A program made the translations under genes and the position numbers. Of a DNA stretch of 64,000 nt, positions 29,601 to 40,300 are shown in pieces. The notes under the pieces are model-generated. The model was not told the origin of the DNA. It was given only the letters and a program-made list of their open reading frames with translations, and did not search any database. Origin of the DNA: a virus; the IMG/VR virus record IMGVR_UViG_3300032053_005343, positions 1 through 64,000 of that record. One strand, given 5' to 3'. Each line of letters opens with the position of its first letter. The first letter of the stretch is position 1.

Positions 29601-31312
29601 TTGAAGAAGCCAAGAAATTTTTTGAGGCTAGTGCAAGACTTATAAATACACAAAATGCGGCACTAGATATACGAAGAAACATTCTCCAGGAATCCTCTTT
29701 GCCACAAACTCAATTAGAAAATTTAGAGGCTAATTTAAGAGATTTGGGATATACTGTTTTGCCTATGAATAGTGCTGTTGGTGACGCCGCTGATGGGTTT
29801 GCGTCATTTGGCACAGATATACAATTGGCAGAAAATTTGTTAGAACAATATGGAGTAGCGCTAAAGGCAGAAGGAGAAGCCCTTGCAAAATTAAGCGATA
29901 TAAGTACAGAAGATGCTTCGGGAAGATTGAAAGCAATAGGAATATATCAGGTTGCGACGGCTAATGTTAGAGATCTTGAATCGGCAATTGCAGGAGTAGG
30001 AAAGGCTGCTGAAGCAGCCAAGGGTTTATCAATAGAGGGAGAAGACCCAGGAATCAAACAGGATAGACAGAATCTCGCCGATATTGTAAAAGATATAGTT
30101 ACTACATTTGCAAAATTAAAACAAATCAGTGTGGCTGAAGATACGTCCCGTATTTTTGTTAGTGCCCAAGAAAGATTTAGTACAAGCGTAGACTTATTGG
30201 GTACGCATCTTGTAACACTTACTACGACACAAACACAAACTCTTGCCGATATTCAAAGTATGGCGAATGTTATCAAAAGTGGTAAATTTCTTCCAGAACC
30301 AACTTTTGCAGAAGGGGCTAAGGAAACTGCGGTTGGTTCACGAATTGATAAGATGGCCGCAGAAGCTAATAGAATATTTCAAAAACAGTTTGAAGGTGTT
30401 ATGTGGGCACTACCAACTCCTAAACAAGCAAAAGCAAATACCTTCGATCAACTTCGACAGCAAAATATTACTAATCCAGAGAATCCCTTTGCTCCTTTTG
30501 GAACAACTGGAACTGAGCTTAATAAAAATATTAAACTTACTATTGATCCAGCAGATGAAAATAAATTGTTATTAAAATTATCCCCGGAGGCGCAACAGCT
30601 TATTGAAAAACTTATACAAATTCCAGCAGCACCTATATCATTGCCCCCCCCTCCCCTAGCCGGATTGCCCCCACTGTTTCCGGAACCTTCACCATTCCCA
30701 GGGGCGGATCTGGGAGTTCCCATAGTTGGTTTAGACGAAGCTTCAAAAACATTTCTTGAAGGATCTAATATATTTACGGGCGCAATTGATCAATTGATAA
30801 ATGCTACAATTCCATTACAAAATGTTGCTGATGCAACACAAAATAATGATCAGCAAGCCGTAACAGAAAATAATACCTTCCTACAAGACATTTCTAATAA
30901 AATTGCAGAACTAGTTGCGTCAATACAATCTAATTTAGAACTACAACAAGAAATTGCTACAACAACAGAAGAAAAAGATCCAACGAATGAATTATTAGCC
31001 TCGTCGGTCGAGGCCACTGCTCAAAATACAGAAGTATTGGCAGGTGTAACAACTGCTAGTGCGGATTTATCCGCACAATTATCTCAAACCGCCGATGCTA
31101 TTCAACAAGGAGTAGGTGTAAAAGTAGAGGCAATTCAAAACGTTAATATAGATATTCAGGGAGAAGCTGCGGCCATAGAGGGTGTTGGAGAAAGACTTGC
31201 TGATATAGCCAGAATTATTGCAAGAGATGTTGTTAATCAAGCATTAGATCAATTAGCGGCTAGTGCTGGTGATACGGAAACTTCGAATGCTTTTAATAGT
31301 GCTAAAGTTTAA
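26654..31312 (+). CDS. Tail tape measure protein
   Basis: 1552 aa, Ala/Gly/Leu-rich helical; TP901-like core (FDAAM..., DKL..VADKFAV...DL..AL, TRESA..IATALK.I..RL); hydrophobic segments. Confidence 0.9.
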   Translation: MAQFVLDVNLQIQKVLGLEEVKAQLASVAGSTAGITVGSPQGLNQLTSSLTTMQAASTAAGVNLKQFTVSSNQATGALKIAGSTAAVAGGLFDNYGTRVALAGARYSAFLAATAIPFAGLAALGAATQSIIEFDAAMVKLSQILQQPQADIDALREKILQLSTATGTSIKEISGAASILAQAGLLKGAEDFTKFLEPLSKIPLLPTFKNIEEATEGVIAALGQFGKAGLEPIEILDKLTRVADKFAVESADLNTALQIAGGTFAQLGGNIDEFLAIFTTIRQTTRESASSIATALKMIATRLAQPTTIGFLEGIGVSVRDQKGELLGLLDVFKNVQEVFEASGKEQQAVIGTALGGVRHVGRVFAGLRNTELTQEVLTASQTATGAVAQSAEKAMEKLSVQIDILKAKFIELAQSLAEPVFAPIIKSALAAGEAFIFVIDALKPVLPLLVQLTALGVGLKVFSFAASSIGSLAKALAAVNLGGLAGLGKNGAGGAGAQGVLPFAQPTAGQQAKNLAGSQVGQLGILLGINLAASHLASAFEKTDGSVTKLGLQAAGTATALLALASLASGRSVSGLFTALGPAAGVGLGVGVAAAAGLTAVATQTEIDINELVQKAAKKINELKIEITPGNEQQFQEATNKLFEPIGEAFAGLAEEFDPSTFSGFMNRVAKNFSKIISLDFSGIFDLSALTGKEVEKLVKEMFGTSGISGSKLLTEAINEFGLDFSEGLESKLQKALAPFAGMGFNVQKLVDTARKQITEGAGGIKGIINLKEQADKEAANRAVIASTQKIANDLKSIVIPQQIGGELKNLAEAIQRTVSSIDNSVSVFQSLTSGLGKIETPKIPTTFTGEAVRKSLAGATPETFGGEFPNLSKATQQVLQVNQAIKDFTTSFEIELGKVSEELGGAKVDASTLFEPFLKEFLANTKDLPPEARGALEKAGAEIAAKMTEATASGEFGLKSEEALEIIKRGFGNLSTISDTMVEEAKKFFEASARLINTQNAALDIRRNILQESSLPQTQLENLEANLRDLGYTVLPMNSAVGDAADGFASFGTDIQLAENLLEQYGVALKAEGEALAKLSDISTEDASGRLKAIGIYQVATANVRDLESAIAGVGKAAEAAKGLSIEGEDPGIKQDRQNLADIVKDIVTTFAKLKQISVAEDTSRIFVSAQERFSTSVDLLGTHLVTLTTTQTQTLADIQSMANVIKSGKFLPEPTFAEGAKETAVGSRIDKMAAEANRIFQKQFEGVMWALPTPKQAKANTFDQLRQQNITNPENPFAPFGTTGTELNKNIKLTIDPADENKLLLKLSPEAQQLIEKLIQIPAAPISLPPPPLAGLPPLFPEPSPFPGADLGVPIVGLDEASKTFLEGSNIFTGAIDQLINATIPLQNVADATQNNDQQAVTENNTFLQDISNKIAELVASIQSNLELQQEIATTTEEKDPTNELLASSVEATAQNTEVLAGVTTASADLSAQLSQTADAIQQGVGVKVEAIQNVNIDIQGEAAAIEGVGERLADIARIIARDVVNQALDQLAASAGDTETSNAFNSAKV

Positions 31313-31329
31313 TTAAAGGGGTACAGATA

Positions 31330-32145
31330 ATGGCAATTACAACATTAGATCAAATTATTGCGGGGATGCAACCCCCAGAAGATTTTATGAAAACTGTTGG
31401 GACAATTGGAGGGGCGGGAGTTCATTATTCGCCATTTTATATTGCTGGTCGTCCAAAAATAGCCACAGCGCCTACTGGATTAGATGGAACAGCCCTTACA
31501 TCTTATACTGGCCAAATTCCCTTTAGCAATCCGGTAAGTGGAAATTCTTATTTAGCCAGATTAGAAGTTTCAAGCAATATTGCGGGAACCCTACTTTTAT
31601 GCGATAGGTTATGGCATAATGGAAGTATAGTATCTACTACTACTACGGAGCAAGCTATTACCCATCCGGGTTTACCGGCAAGATGTCCTCCGGCAACAGG
31701 AAGTACTCCGGATGCCAGTGGGAATAGTATTTTGTGTGGAATAGAAGTTTCTGCTCCCGGAGGCGCTAGCGCAATAACAAACACAACACTTAATTATACG
31801 AACCAAGCAGGATCAGGAAGTAAAACTGGCACAATAGCATCTTTTCCACCTACTCCGGTGGTCGGTACATTTGTTCCATTTCAACTAGCTGCGGGAGATA
31901 CTGGTGTTCGATCTATTCAAGGAATTACACTGGGAACTTCTTATGCTGCGGCGGTTATTCATTTGGTACAGTATCGTATTCTTGCTCGCGTTGAAGTTTC
32001 AGACATAAAAAAGGGGGGTGTAATTGATGCTATAAGTGGAGGTTTCCCTCGTTTGTATGATAACACCGTCCCGTTTTTGCTTTGGTTGCCTGAGAGTACC
32101 ACTGGTCCAATTTTACATGGAAAAATGATTGTTTCACAAGGTTAA
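31330..32145 (+). CDS. Virion/tail accessory protein, paralog A
   Basis: Tandem duplicate of 32165..32986; LLCDRLWHN and LAAGDTGVRSIQ motifs. Confidence 0.6.
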   Translation: MAITTLDQIIAGMQPPEDFMKTVGTIGGAGVHYSPFYIAGRPKIATAPTGLDGTALTSYTGQIPFSNPVSGNSYLARLEVSSNIAGTLLLCDRLWHNGSIVSTTTTEQAITHPGLPARCPPATGSTPDASGNSILCGIEVSAPGGASAITNTTLNYTNQAGSGSKTGTIASFPPTPVVGTFVPFQLAAGDTGVRSIQGITLGTSYAAAVIHLVQYRILARVEVSDIKKGGVIDAISGGFPRLYDNTVPFLLWLPESTTGPILHGKMIVSQG

Positions 32146-32164
32146 TTTTTAGGAGTAAAGAATA

Positions 32165-32986
32165 ATGGCAATTACAACATTAGATCAAATTATTGCGGGG
32201 ATGCAACCCCCAGAAAGTTTTTTTAAAATTGGTGCTACAATGGAGGCAACAGGTGTTCACTATTCGCCTTTTTATGTAAGTGGTCGGCCAGGAGCCGCCG
32301 TAGCACCAACTCCGGGATTGAATGGGGCTGCTCTTACTAGTTATGCTGGTCAAATTCCTTTTAGGAATCCAGCTAGTGATAATTCTTACTTGGCAAGATT
32401 TGCAGTCTCGTGTTCTCTTGCGGGAACCCTACTTTTATGTGATAGGTTATGGCACAATAGTAGCATAGTGTCCTCAACCACTACAGAACAACCTATTACT
32501 CATCCGGGTTTACCGGCACGTTGTCCTCCGGCAACAGGAAATACTCCCGATGCTAGTGGAAATACTATTTTGTGTGGAATAGAAGTTTCTACCGCAACGA
32601 CCAATGGTAGTGTAATTACAAATACAACACTTAATTATACAAACCAAGCGGGATCGGGGAGTAAAACTGGTACAATATCTAGTTTTCCGTCAACGGCACT
32701 TGCCGGTACATTCGTTCCATTTCAACTAGCTGCGGGAGATACTGGTATTCAATCTATTCAAGGAATTACACTGGGAACTTCTTATGGTACAGGAGTAGTT
32801 CATTTGGTTCAATATCGTATTTTGGCTCGTGTTGGAATCATAGATACAAGTATAGGAAATGCAATTGATGCTATAGATAGTGGTTTCCCCCGTTTATATG
32901 ATAATACTGTCCCGTTTTTACTTTGGTTGCCTTCGGCAACAACAGCAGTGACCATACACGGACAAATGATCGTTTCTCAGGGATAA
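32165..32986 (+). CDS. Virion/tail accessory protein, paralog B
   Basis: First 51 nt identical to paralog A; AGGAG RBS. Confidence 0.6.
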   Translation: MAITTLDQIIAGMQPPESFFKIGATMEATGVHYSPFYVSGRPGAAVAPTPGLNGAALTSYAGQIPFRNPASDNSYLARFAVSCSLAGTLLLCDRLWHNSSIVSSTTTEQPITHPGLPARCPPATGNTPDASGNTILCGIEVSTATTNGSVITNTTLNYTNQAGSGSKTGTISSFPSTALAGTFVPFQLAAGDTGIQSIQGITLGTSYGTGVVHLVQYRILARVGIIDTSIGNAIDAIDSGFPRLYDNTVPFLLWLPSATTAVTIHGQMIVSQG

Positions 32987-32989
32987 TAC

Positions 32990-35581
32990 ATGGCTACGAC
33001 TGGACGTGGTGATTTTCCGTTTTCTTCTACGTGGCCTACGATAAAAGGTCTTGTTAAGGAGCAAAGATGGGGGAACACCGACCAAGCACTTAAACAAGCT
33101 TTAAATAATTGGTTTTTTAATACACCTGCCATTAACAATAATATCAATTTATTTATTAATGGTAAAAATTCTGAAAACGATAATTTAAATCTTTTCGCTA
33201 ATGGTAAAGATAATCAAAACCAAGAATTAGATTTATTTATTCACGGATTTGTTGCGCAAGCCGGCAATCTTAATTTATTTATTGCTGGACCAATACAAAT
33301 AACTGATAATCTTGATTTATTTATTCGTGGGTTTGCTACAGAAACTGATAGTATAAATTTAACAATTACTGGGCACGAATCTTTTAATCAATCACTAGAT
33401 CTTTTTATTAACGGGTTTGCTACGCAAACTGATAATATTACCCTGTTTATAAGTAGTATTAATCTTATTTCTTCTGGTTTAGATCTTTTCGTACATGGAA
33501 AAATTTCTTTAACAAACAACTTAGATTTATTGATTAAAGGAAATGAATCTTTTAATCAATCCCTGGACCTTTTTATTAAAGGCAAAGATACTGTAAACCA
33601 AGACATAGATCTGTTTATCAATGGCCCAGAACCAATTAATAATCAGATAGATTTATTTATTATTGCTCCCACACCAATATCAGAATCTATTAATTTATTT
33701 ATTTCTGGTCCTATCCCAAACATAGTTAAAGCTGATATTACTCAGGTAGTTATATCTTCTGGCTTACAAAATATTATAATTCCAGATTTTGGTGTTGTAA
33801 AGGCTGTTATTTTTATAGCCGGTAATCCTACTGCAACAGGGATTCAAGAGAGTGGAATACAATATTCTGTAGGATTTACAGATGGAATAAAATCTAGGTC
33901 AATAGGATTTTCTTCTGAAGATAATGTACCAGATTCCAAGACATGGTGCGTTGGTAGCGAAAATCATCTATTCATGTTAATAGATAAATCTAGTGGTAAT
34001 ATTTTTTCATCCGCAATATTTGATGACTGGATACAAGACGGTATAAGAATAAATTCTGATGTTGCTCCTTCTGGAAATTATTTATTAACTGCTATATTCT
34101 TTGGTGGAAACAAATTAGATGTATTAGTAGATACTTTTGTTACGCCATCCACCACAGGCAATTTTATAGATGTTGATACGGTTTTTGAACCAGATCAGCT
34201 TATTGGTATATCAAACGGTTTTACACTTGACGAAATGGTTCAAGGTCTTGGAAGACTATGTATAGGATTCGCCGACAATGGAGATAGTTTAAGTCAGGGA
34301 TCTATAACATATTTTAGTTCAGACGGTGCCACAATAGGCAGTCCCGCAAGTATAATTAGTAGTGGCATTTTCCAACGCCGAATTACTTTGTCTAGCATAG
34401 TTAATTCTGTTCAAATATCAGGATTTACTTCTTCTGGATTTATTGCCGAAACCGTTACAAGCAATGGTTCTACAAGTGTAGGATTTTTAGCACTTAAATA
34501 TAATGACAACAGGGATCATTTTGTTGGATTTGTTGATTCACCAACAACAAGTGGTTTAAAGGAATTTACAAACCCCAACTTTCATCCATTAATAGCTTTT
34601 CAACTATTGACACAATTAGAATCTTTAGATGCCCTGGTTTCATTTAATAAAGCTGGTGCTCACGGACTATCTGTTTTTACAGAAGATAAGGAATTCTGTC
34701 ATAGTTTCTCCGAAAGATCATCCTCTATAATGATCAATGATACATTATTTGATGATCAAGCTATTAATTTTCCAAACCATAGTGGTTTAACATCCTTTAT
34801 GGCCCCATTTGATTCGATGACCACAAGTGGATGGAAATTAAATTTCACATCAATTGATGGAACTACTAAAAAATGGTTGGCCCTAGCAATAGAAGATCCA
34901 ATAATAATCACTTCGTCTGGTCAGATAGGATTATTTATATCCGGACAAGGAGAAACAAATTATTGGAATCTATTTTTAAGAACTCCAGATAATGATATAG
35001 CCACAAGTAGATCTTTGCATATTTATGGATCTCCAAGTGGCGTAGATTTAAATTTTGCTGGACAAGAAATTGATCTGTTTGTAAAAAGTAGTTTAGGGGA
35101 CAGCATTTATCCTCCTGTGGCTAGTGGGTACAGTTCTCTTTTTATGGGAGTAGAATCTGGTAATGAATCTAGTAGTGGTTACTGGTCGTTATTTTTAAAA
35201 TCGGATGCATCTATTAGTAATAGTATAGATCTTTATATAAGTACTCATGAAAAAATTGCAAGTGGATTTATTGATTTATTTATTGCGAGAATTCCTGATT
35301 TTCCTGGGGAGGAAGGGTTCACGCCAATCAATGCATATCAAACACTGTTTCTTAAAACGATTATCGGTGAAACAGATACTTTAGATTTATTTATTTCTGG
35401 ATTTGTTGTTACGGTTAATAGTAATATTGATTGTTTTATAGAGGGAGTTTTTACAATCAATGACAATTTAAATCTTGTGCTTTTTGGCATCTCCGGAATT
35501 ATTGACAATAATTTGGATTTATTTATTTACGGGATTGATAACCCAAATAGTAATGTAGAATTTTTCATAAGAGGGTATTAA
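32990..35581 (+). CDS. Tail-associated scaffold/fibre: ~14 LDLFIxG repeats, central globular domain, degenerate repeats at the C-terminus
   Basis: Repeats read directly; ends VEFFIRGY. Confidence 0.6.
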   Translation: MATTGRGDFPFSSTWPTIKGLVKEQRWGNTDQALKQALNNWFFNTPAINNNINLFINGKNSENDNLNLFANGKDNQNQELDLFIHGFVAQAGNLNLFIAGPIQITDNLDLFIRGFATETDSINLTITGHESFNQSLDLFINGFATQTDNITLFISSINLISSGLDLFVHGKISLTNNLDLLIKGNESFNQSLDLFIKGKDTVNQDIDLFINGPEPINNQIDLFIIAPTPISESINLFISGPIPNIVKADITQVVISSGLQNIIIPDFGVVKAVIFIAGNPTATGIQESGIQYSVGFTDGIKSRSIGFSSEDNVPDSKTWCVGSENHLFMLIDKSSGNIFSSAIFDDWIQDGIRINSDVAPSGNYLLTAIFFGGNKLDVLVDTFVTPSTTGNFIDVDTVFEPDQLIGISNGFTLDEMVQGLGRLCIGFADNGDSLSQGSITYFSSDGATIGSPASIISSGIFQRRITLSSIVNSVQISGFTSSGFIAETVTSNGSTSVGFLALKYNDNRDHFVGFVDSPTTSGLKEFTNPNFHPLIAFQLLTQLESLDALVSFNKAGAHGLSVFTEDKEFCHSFSERSSSIMINDTLFDDQAINFPNHSGLTSFMAPFDSMTTSGWKLNFTSIDGTTKKWLALAIEDPIIITSSGQIGLFISGQGETNYWNLFLRTPDNDIATSRSLHIYGSPSGVDLNFAGQEIDLFVKSSLGDSIYPPVASGYSSLFMGVESGNESSSGYWSLFLKSDASISNSIDLYISTHEKIASGFIDLFIARIPDFPGEEGFTPINAYQTLFLKTIIGETDTLDLFISGFVVTVNSNIDCFIEGVFTINDNLNLVLFGISGIIDNNLDLFIYGIDNPNSNVEFFIRGY

Positions 35582-35621
35582 TTATGTTTCATTATAAAAC
35601 ATATAGAATGGGGTGTTCGAT

Positions 35622-37340
35622 ATGGCCAGAGTAATATATTTTGGTCAGGCGATAATTCCCGCTCCACTTATCGGTATTACAAAAAATTATATCAAAGCGG
35701 GAGACGGCACAAAATTAGGTATAAACTATGGTATTACCATTACGGGCACTCTTCTGCCATTTATGGGATCACCTAGTGGTACGTTTACTTCACCAGCAGA
35801 CGCCTTTTGGACATTATCTGGAGATCCTCCGGACGAATCTTTTGCAAATAATGATGCCGCATTTTCAAGTCTTGTCAAAAAGCAAGAAGCTATTAGATAT
35901 TTATTTAGCCAAGAAGGAAAATTATTAGAAATATATTCGGGTGCTTCTCCTGCTATTATAAGATGTAATCCAAGAATTATTTCAATAGATTTTCAACAGG
36001 GTCAATGGGTTGATCGTTTAGAATACACAATAACGTTAGAAGCTGACTGGGTGTTTATTGCTGGTTTATCAACAGATACAGAAGATAGTTTTGAGGTCGA
36101 ACTAATTGATACTGGACAAGAGAATTGGTCGTTTACAGAAACCGCTGGCCAAGGCGGTAGTGGCTATACTGTTTCGCATACTATTTCTGCCCATGGCGTT
36201 GCGGGATATGATGAAACTGGTATACCATTTTCTGGGGCCGGAGAAGTAGCGGGTGGAGAGGCGTGGAAACACGCAAAAACATGGTGCGACAATAGGGCGG
36301 TCGGAGTAGTTGATCCGGATATAATGTTTGCTATTATTGGAATATCTGGATTGATTGGTGGATCATATGCAAAGAATACCAATTTGACGCATTTCAGTGG
36401 CGACTATTCGATTACAGAAACGTGGATTTTATCCCAAGATAATTTCTTTATACAAAAATCATTTACTTCAAACAAGAACACAGAAGGAAAAATAGATGCT
36501 TCTTATACTGGAAAAATTACCGGAATATCAGAAGGAGAAAAAACTGGTGGTACATTAGCTATAGCTAACGCCAAAGCTGCTATTCCAACAAATTCCCAAG
36601 CAAAAATAGATACAGAGAATGCACTTGGGGATCTACTAGAGACCTTCGTGTTGGGAGCCGCTCCTTCAACAAAAAATGTGTCAATTAATAATGCGGACGC
36701 CACAGTTAATTTTTCCTTTACTTGGTCAACTGATGAAGAGGAAACATTTACTAGAAGTTGTGAAGCCTCGATTGATTTCGACGAAGGCAACGGAACATAC
36801 AATCTTTCATTGTCGTGCGACATACAAGGAAAGGGTGATACCGTTGCTATAAAACTTGTTAACGCCAAGGCTGCTATTCTTAACGAGGTGGACGCAAGAT
36901 CAAAAGCTATTGAATTGGTTGGAGATCAGCTTCCCGACGGGGTTGAAATAGCAACAGATTTTTCGTCCAAGTCTGTATCAATAAACGAGACCAGGGGGAG
37001 CGTTAGATTTACTTATACATGGAAAAATACGACGACAGGATTTGATAATTTTGAGATTTCTATTGATATTCAATTGCCAAATAAAGTGATAGCAATAATA
37101 CCAGTACCGGGAAGGGTTGGCGGACCAATCATACAGGATATGGAAACGACGACCCAACAGATAGTTACTGTCTCGCTTAGTAGTCCGGGAAATGACATAA
37201 AGCCAGATAATTTGACTGTTATTGGAATTATTGAGGATGCTGCTGGTTTTATTAATACATGGATACTAGAAAGTGATAAAGAGACTTATTCACCAACGAA
37301 TAAAAAGTATACAAGAACAAGATCTTATATTGTTGACTAG
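35622..37340 (+). CDS. Putative distal tail/hub protein
   Basis: After the tape measure; IPAPL and ITITGTL motifs; internally repeated beta modules; IPVPGR.GGPIIQD. Confidence 0.45.
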   Translation: MARVIYFGQAIIPAPLIGITKNYIKAGDGTKLGINYGITITGTLLPFMGSPSGTFTSPADAFWTLSGDPPDESFANNDAAFSSLVKKQEAIRYLFSQEGKLLEIYSGASPAIIRCNPRIISIDFQQGQWVDRLEYTITLEADWVFIAGLSTDTEDSFEVELIDTGQENWSFTETAGQGGSGYTVSHTISAHGVAGYDETGIPFSGAGEVAGGEAWKHAKTWCDNRAVGVVDPDIMFAIIGISGLIGGSYAKNTNLTHFSGDYSITETWILSQDNFFIQKSFTSNKNTEGKIDASYTGKITGISEGEKTGGTLAIANAKAAIPTNSQAKIDTENALGDLLETFVLGAAPSTKNVSINNADATVNFSFTWSTDEEETFTRSCEASIDFDEGNGTYNLSLSCDIQGKGDTVAIKLVNAKAAILNEVDARSKAIELVGDQLPDGVEIATDFSSKSVSINETRGSVRFTYTWKNTTTGFDNFEISIDIQLPNKVIAIIPVPGRVGGPIIQDMETTTQQIVTVSLSSPGNDIKPDNLTVIGIIEDAAGFINTWILESDKETYSPTNKKYTRTRSYIVD

Positions 37341-37348
37341 GAGAAAAA

Positions 37349-40300
37349 ATGTCTGACAAACTTAGTGAAATGATATCGGCAGACCAAAGACAGATTTTTG
37401 GTTTAACTATTCAAAGAATTAATATAGATATTGGGCCTTTCGGAGGAGAAAATACATATACGTTTACACTAATCAAAGAACCGGGTCAGACCTTCCATCT
37501 TCAAGATGTTACTTTTAGAGATGGGGTGGCCCCTTTTATTAATTTAACATTTGCTGAACTTGATGTTTTTGCTTCTGTCATTTCGTGGAAAGAGACTATT
37601 GCTGATATAGGGGGTAACTCTATTTATACGGTAGTATTAGCACAATATAATAGAGTTTTTTTACAGCATTTTCAATTCCAGGAGATTAATCATTTAATTA
37701 TATTTGACCCAATAACACACAAAAATGTATTAAATGAAGATTTGGTTGCGCAGGGTGCAATAGTTGATGAAGAAGGTATTTTGCAAGAAGTGTTTCTGTG
37801 GGATGATATTGTTTATATTCCCGAAAAGATGATTCTACCACCATCCGTGTTTATGCAGAACCGATCAGCCGCTATTTTTGGTCCACCTATTACGAAAATT
37901 TTTGACGCATTTAAAGATAAAATTTTTAATATAGGGGGTGTAAGTCTGTTATTTAATTTTGATGGACTATTAATAGACAATGGTGTTGAACAGCCAATCC
38001 GCATACGACTATTTCGCGGATATAATCGAACAACTTTATTTACTGTTATTGAAGATTATGCTGTGGACAATAATTTTGAATATTCATCAAGAGTTAAAAG
38101 AATTAATGAAGGTGAAAATACTGGTATTTATGAAGTTTCTTTTTATAAACATATCGTTCCAGATGGAATAAATGGCTTCGCAACAGAGAATGACAGTGTT
38201 TTAAATGTTTTAGCGGCAATGCATAATGGTGAAATCATTAATCATGAAAGAGGTTATGCAGTTGCCAAAGATTTTACTACAAGGACAAGTTTTAGTGTCA
38301 AAGAGAGAGACTTTATTCCCCCTGGTTACGTGGTTGTTCCGGTTGATCCTGAAAATTTGGTAGATAAAGTATTTGTTACAAAAGGAATTACTGAATTTAT
38401 AGATTTTACTTCTAAAAAGATTGTCCACATAGTTCGTGGTGGACTTCAATCGAATTTTCTTAATTTTACTGCTGGCGATATTCACCAATTTTGGGGTTTT
38501 AAATCCCCAGGTGTTCTTAAAGATCCACCATCAACTAGTGATTTGTCAAAGATGAATAAAATATTAGATAACGAAGATATAATAGGCGATGATGAGCATC
38601 TTCGGGAATTTATGAATCTTTGGGGAAGACAATTTGTTGTTAATAGTACTCACTTAACAGAATTTTTACCTCTTACGCCAGAACAAGAGGCGGCTATAGC
38701 AGAAGAAGAACAGGCAATAATAGACCTTATTGAAGCTTTGTTAGCACATTTTAATTCTTTGCCAAGAAGAAAACTGGGGGATCATTATAGAAATGGCGAG
38801 GAAATATTTAGAGGTTTTCTTCTTCAATATAAAAACGATCATCCTGAAATATTTGATAATAAGCCAACAAATATATATGGGGGATTATCCGATTTTAGGA
38901 ATGGCTTTGATTTTGAGCCCGGAATTATGATGGTATTATTTGATACCGCATTAAATTCTTTGTCTCCCCATTATCCTTCTGTTGATGAAATATTGGGATC
39001 TGTGGGAGAAGCAGAATTTTATCAATCTCAAGGATATGTAGGCTTATCATTAATTTCTACCCAAATTTCTTTAGAACAAGAAAGAATACTTCGACAAATT
39101 CCAGCAAGCATAAGAGCCAAAGGCATGTGTTTTCCTTCTGTAGATCATCCACTTTCCAGAATATCAAAAGCAATCGCTAATTTTAGATCTTCCATCGGGC
39201 AGTGGCCTTCTTATATTAAATTACCGAAAGTACCGCCAAAGAAGGGGAATACTGAACATGTGTGGGGGTCAAAAATAATATCGACGATTAATCATGTAGG
39301 AACCACTAAAATAGATCCAAAAACAAAATTTAAAATTAAATCGGACTATGTTAGAGTTGATGTAAAACAGTATAATAATTTTTATATTATTACATTACCG
39401 GGACAAATGTTGCAAATTCAAACAACTACATCGAAATCCACCGATAATCCAGATGGCTGTCTAGAAAGGGACTTAAAAATAATAGAGCGTTTAAATGATG
39501 CATTTATTGCAACCGAAGACGCCCAGAAGCGATATGGGCCATTCGTTGTTTCAGAAGGACGAACATTAGATGAGAACAACAAAGAATATAGTGATATTAT
39601 AAATAATCCTTCAGAATATGTAATTAAAAATATTGTTAATGATAGATTGGTCCCAGAAAATTTTAACCCAGATGGCAAATTAAGTTATTTAGAATCTATT
39701 GAAGAAATGAAAAAATTTATTACGCAGAATTTAAGTGCGATTGATGTGCCAAAGGTTCAGTCAAATCAATTTGGTTCAATAACGGTAGCGGGACTGCCGG
39801 TGGAACAAGCTTTTTTGCCCATACTTTATGCGGGTTTTAGTCGTATAGCAAGAATCAATATTAATTTTGATATAAATGGTATAAAAACCACTTATTATAC
39901 AGAAATACCACAAAGAGAAGATATTCAAAATGATGTTGAGATTTCGGATAGACTCGAACCACTTGAAGAAAAACTTGATAAAATAATAGCCAAAAAACCC
40001 AAGAATAAAGTGGTAGACATTAATGAACCAAAACTAGAATCTGACCCAAAACAAAATACACTTAGTGACGAAGAATTAAAATACATATATAAAAAACCAG
40101 AAGGAGGACAGGGTATAATAGTGGATGTTGAAACAGGAGGTCCATTTTATACTGTTAGAAGAGTAAACTATGCGGATATTGACCCCCAAACCTTTGCGGG
40201 AGGATTGAATATTACAGAAAGTTATTTTGCAGCAGAATGGAAACATGTAAGAAATTTGTCTGAGCCAGATGATAGTCCTGGATATTTATTGCCAGAAACA

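Noticed and set aside
31330-32986. Diversity-generating retroelement TR/VR pair
   Set aside because: Both copies are full coding genes, differences are not restricted to adenines, and no reverse transcriptase is in the window
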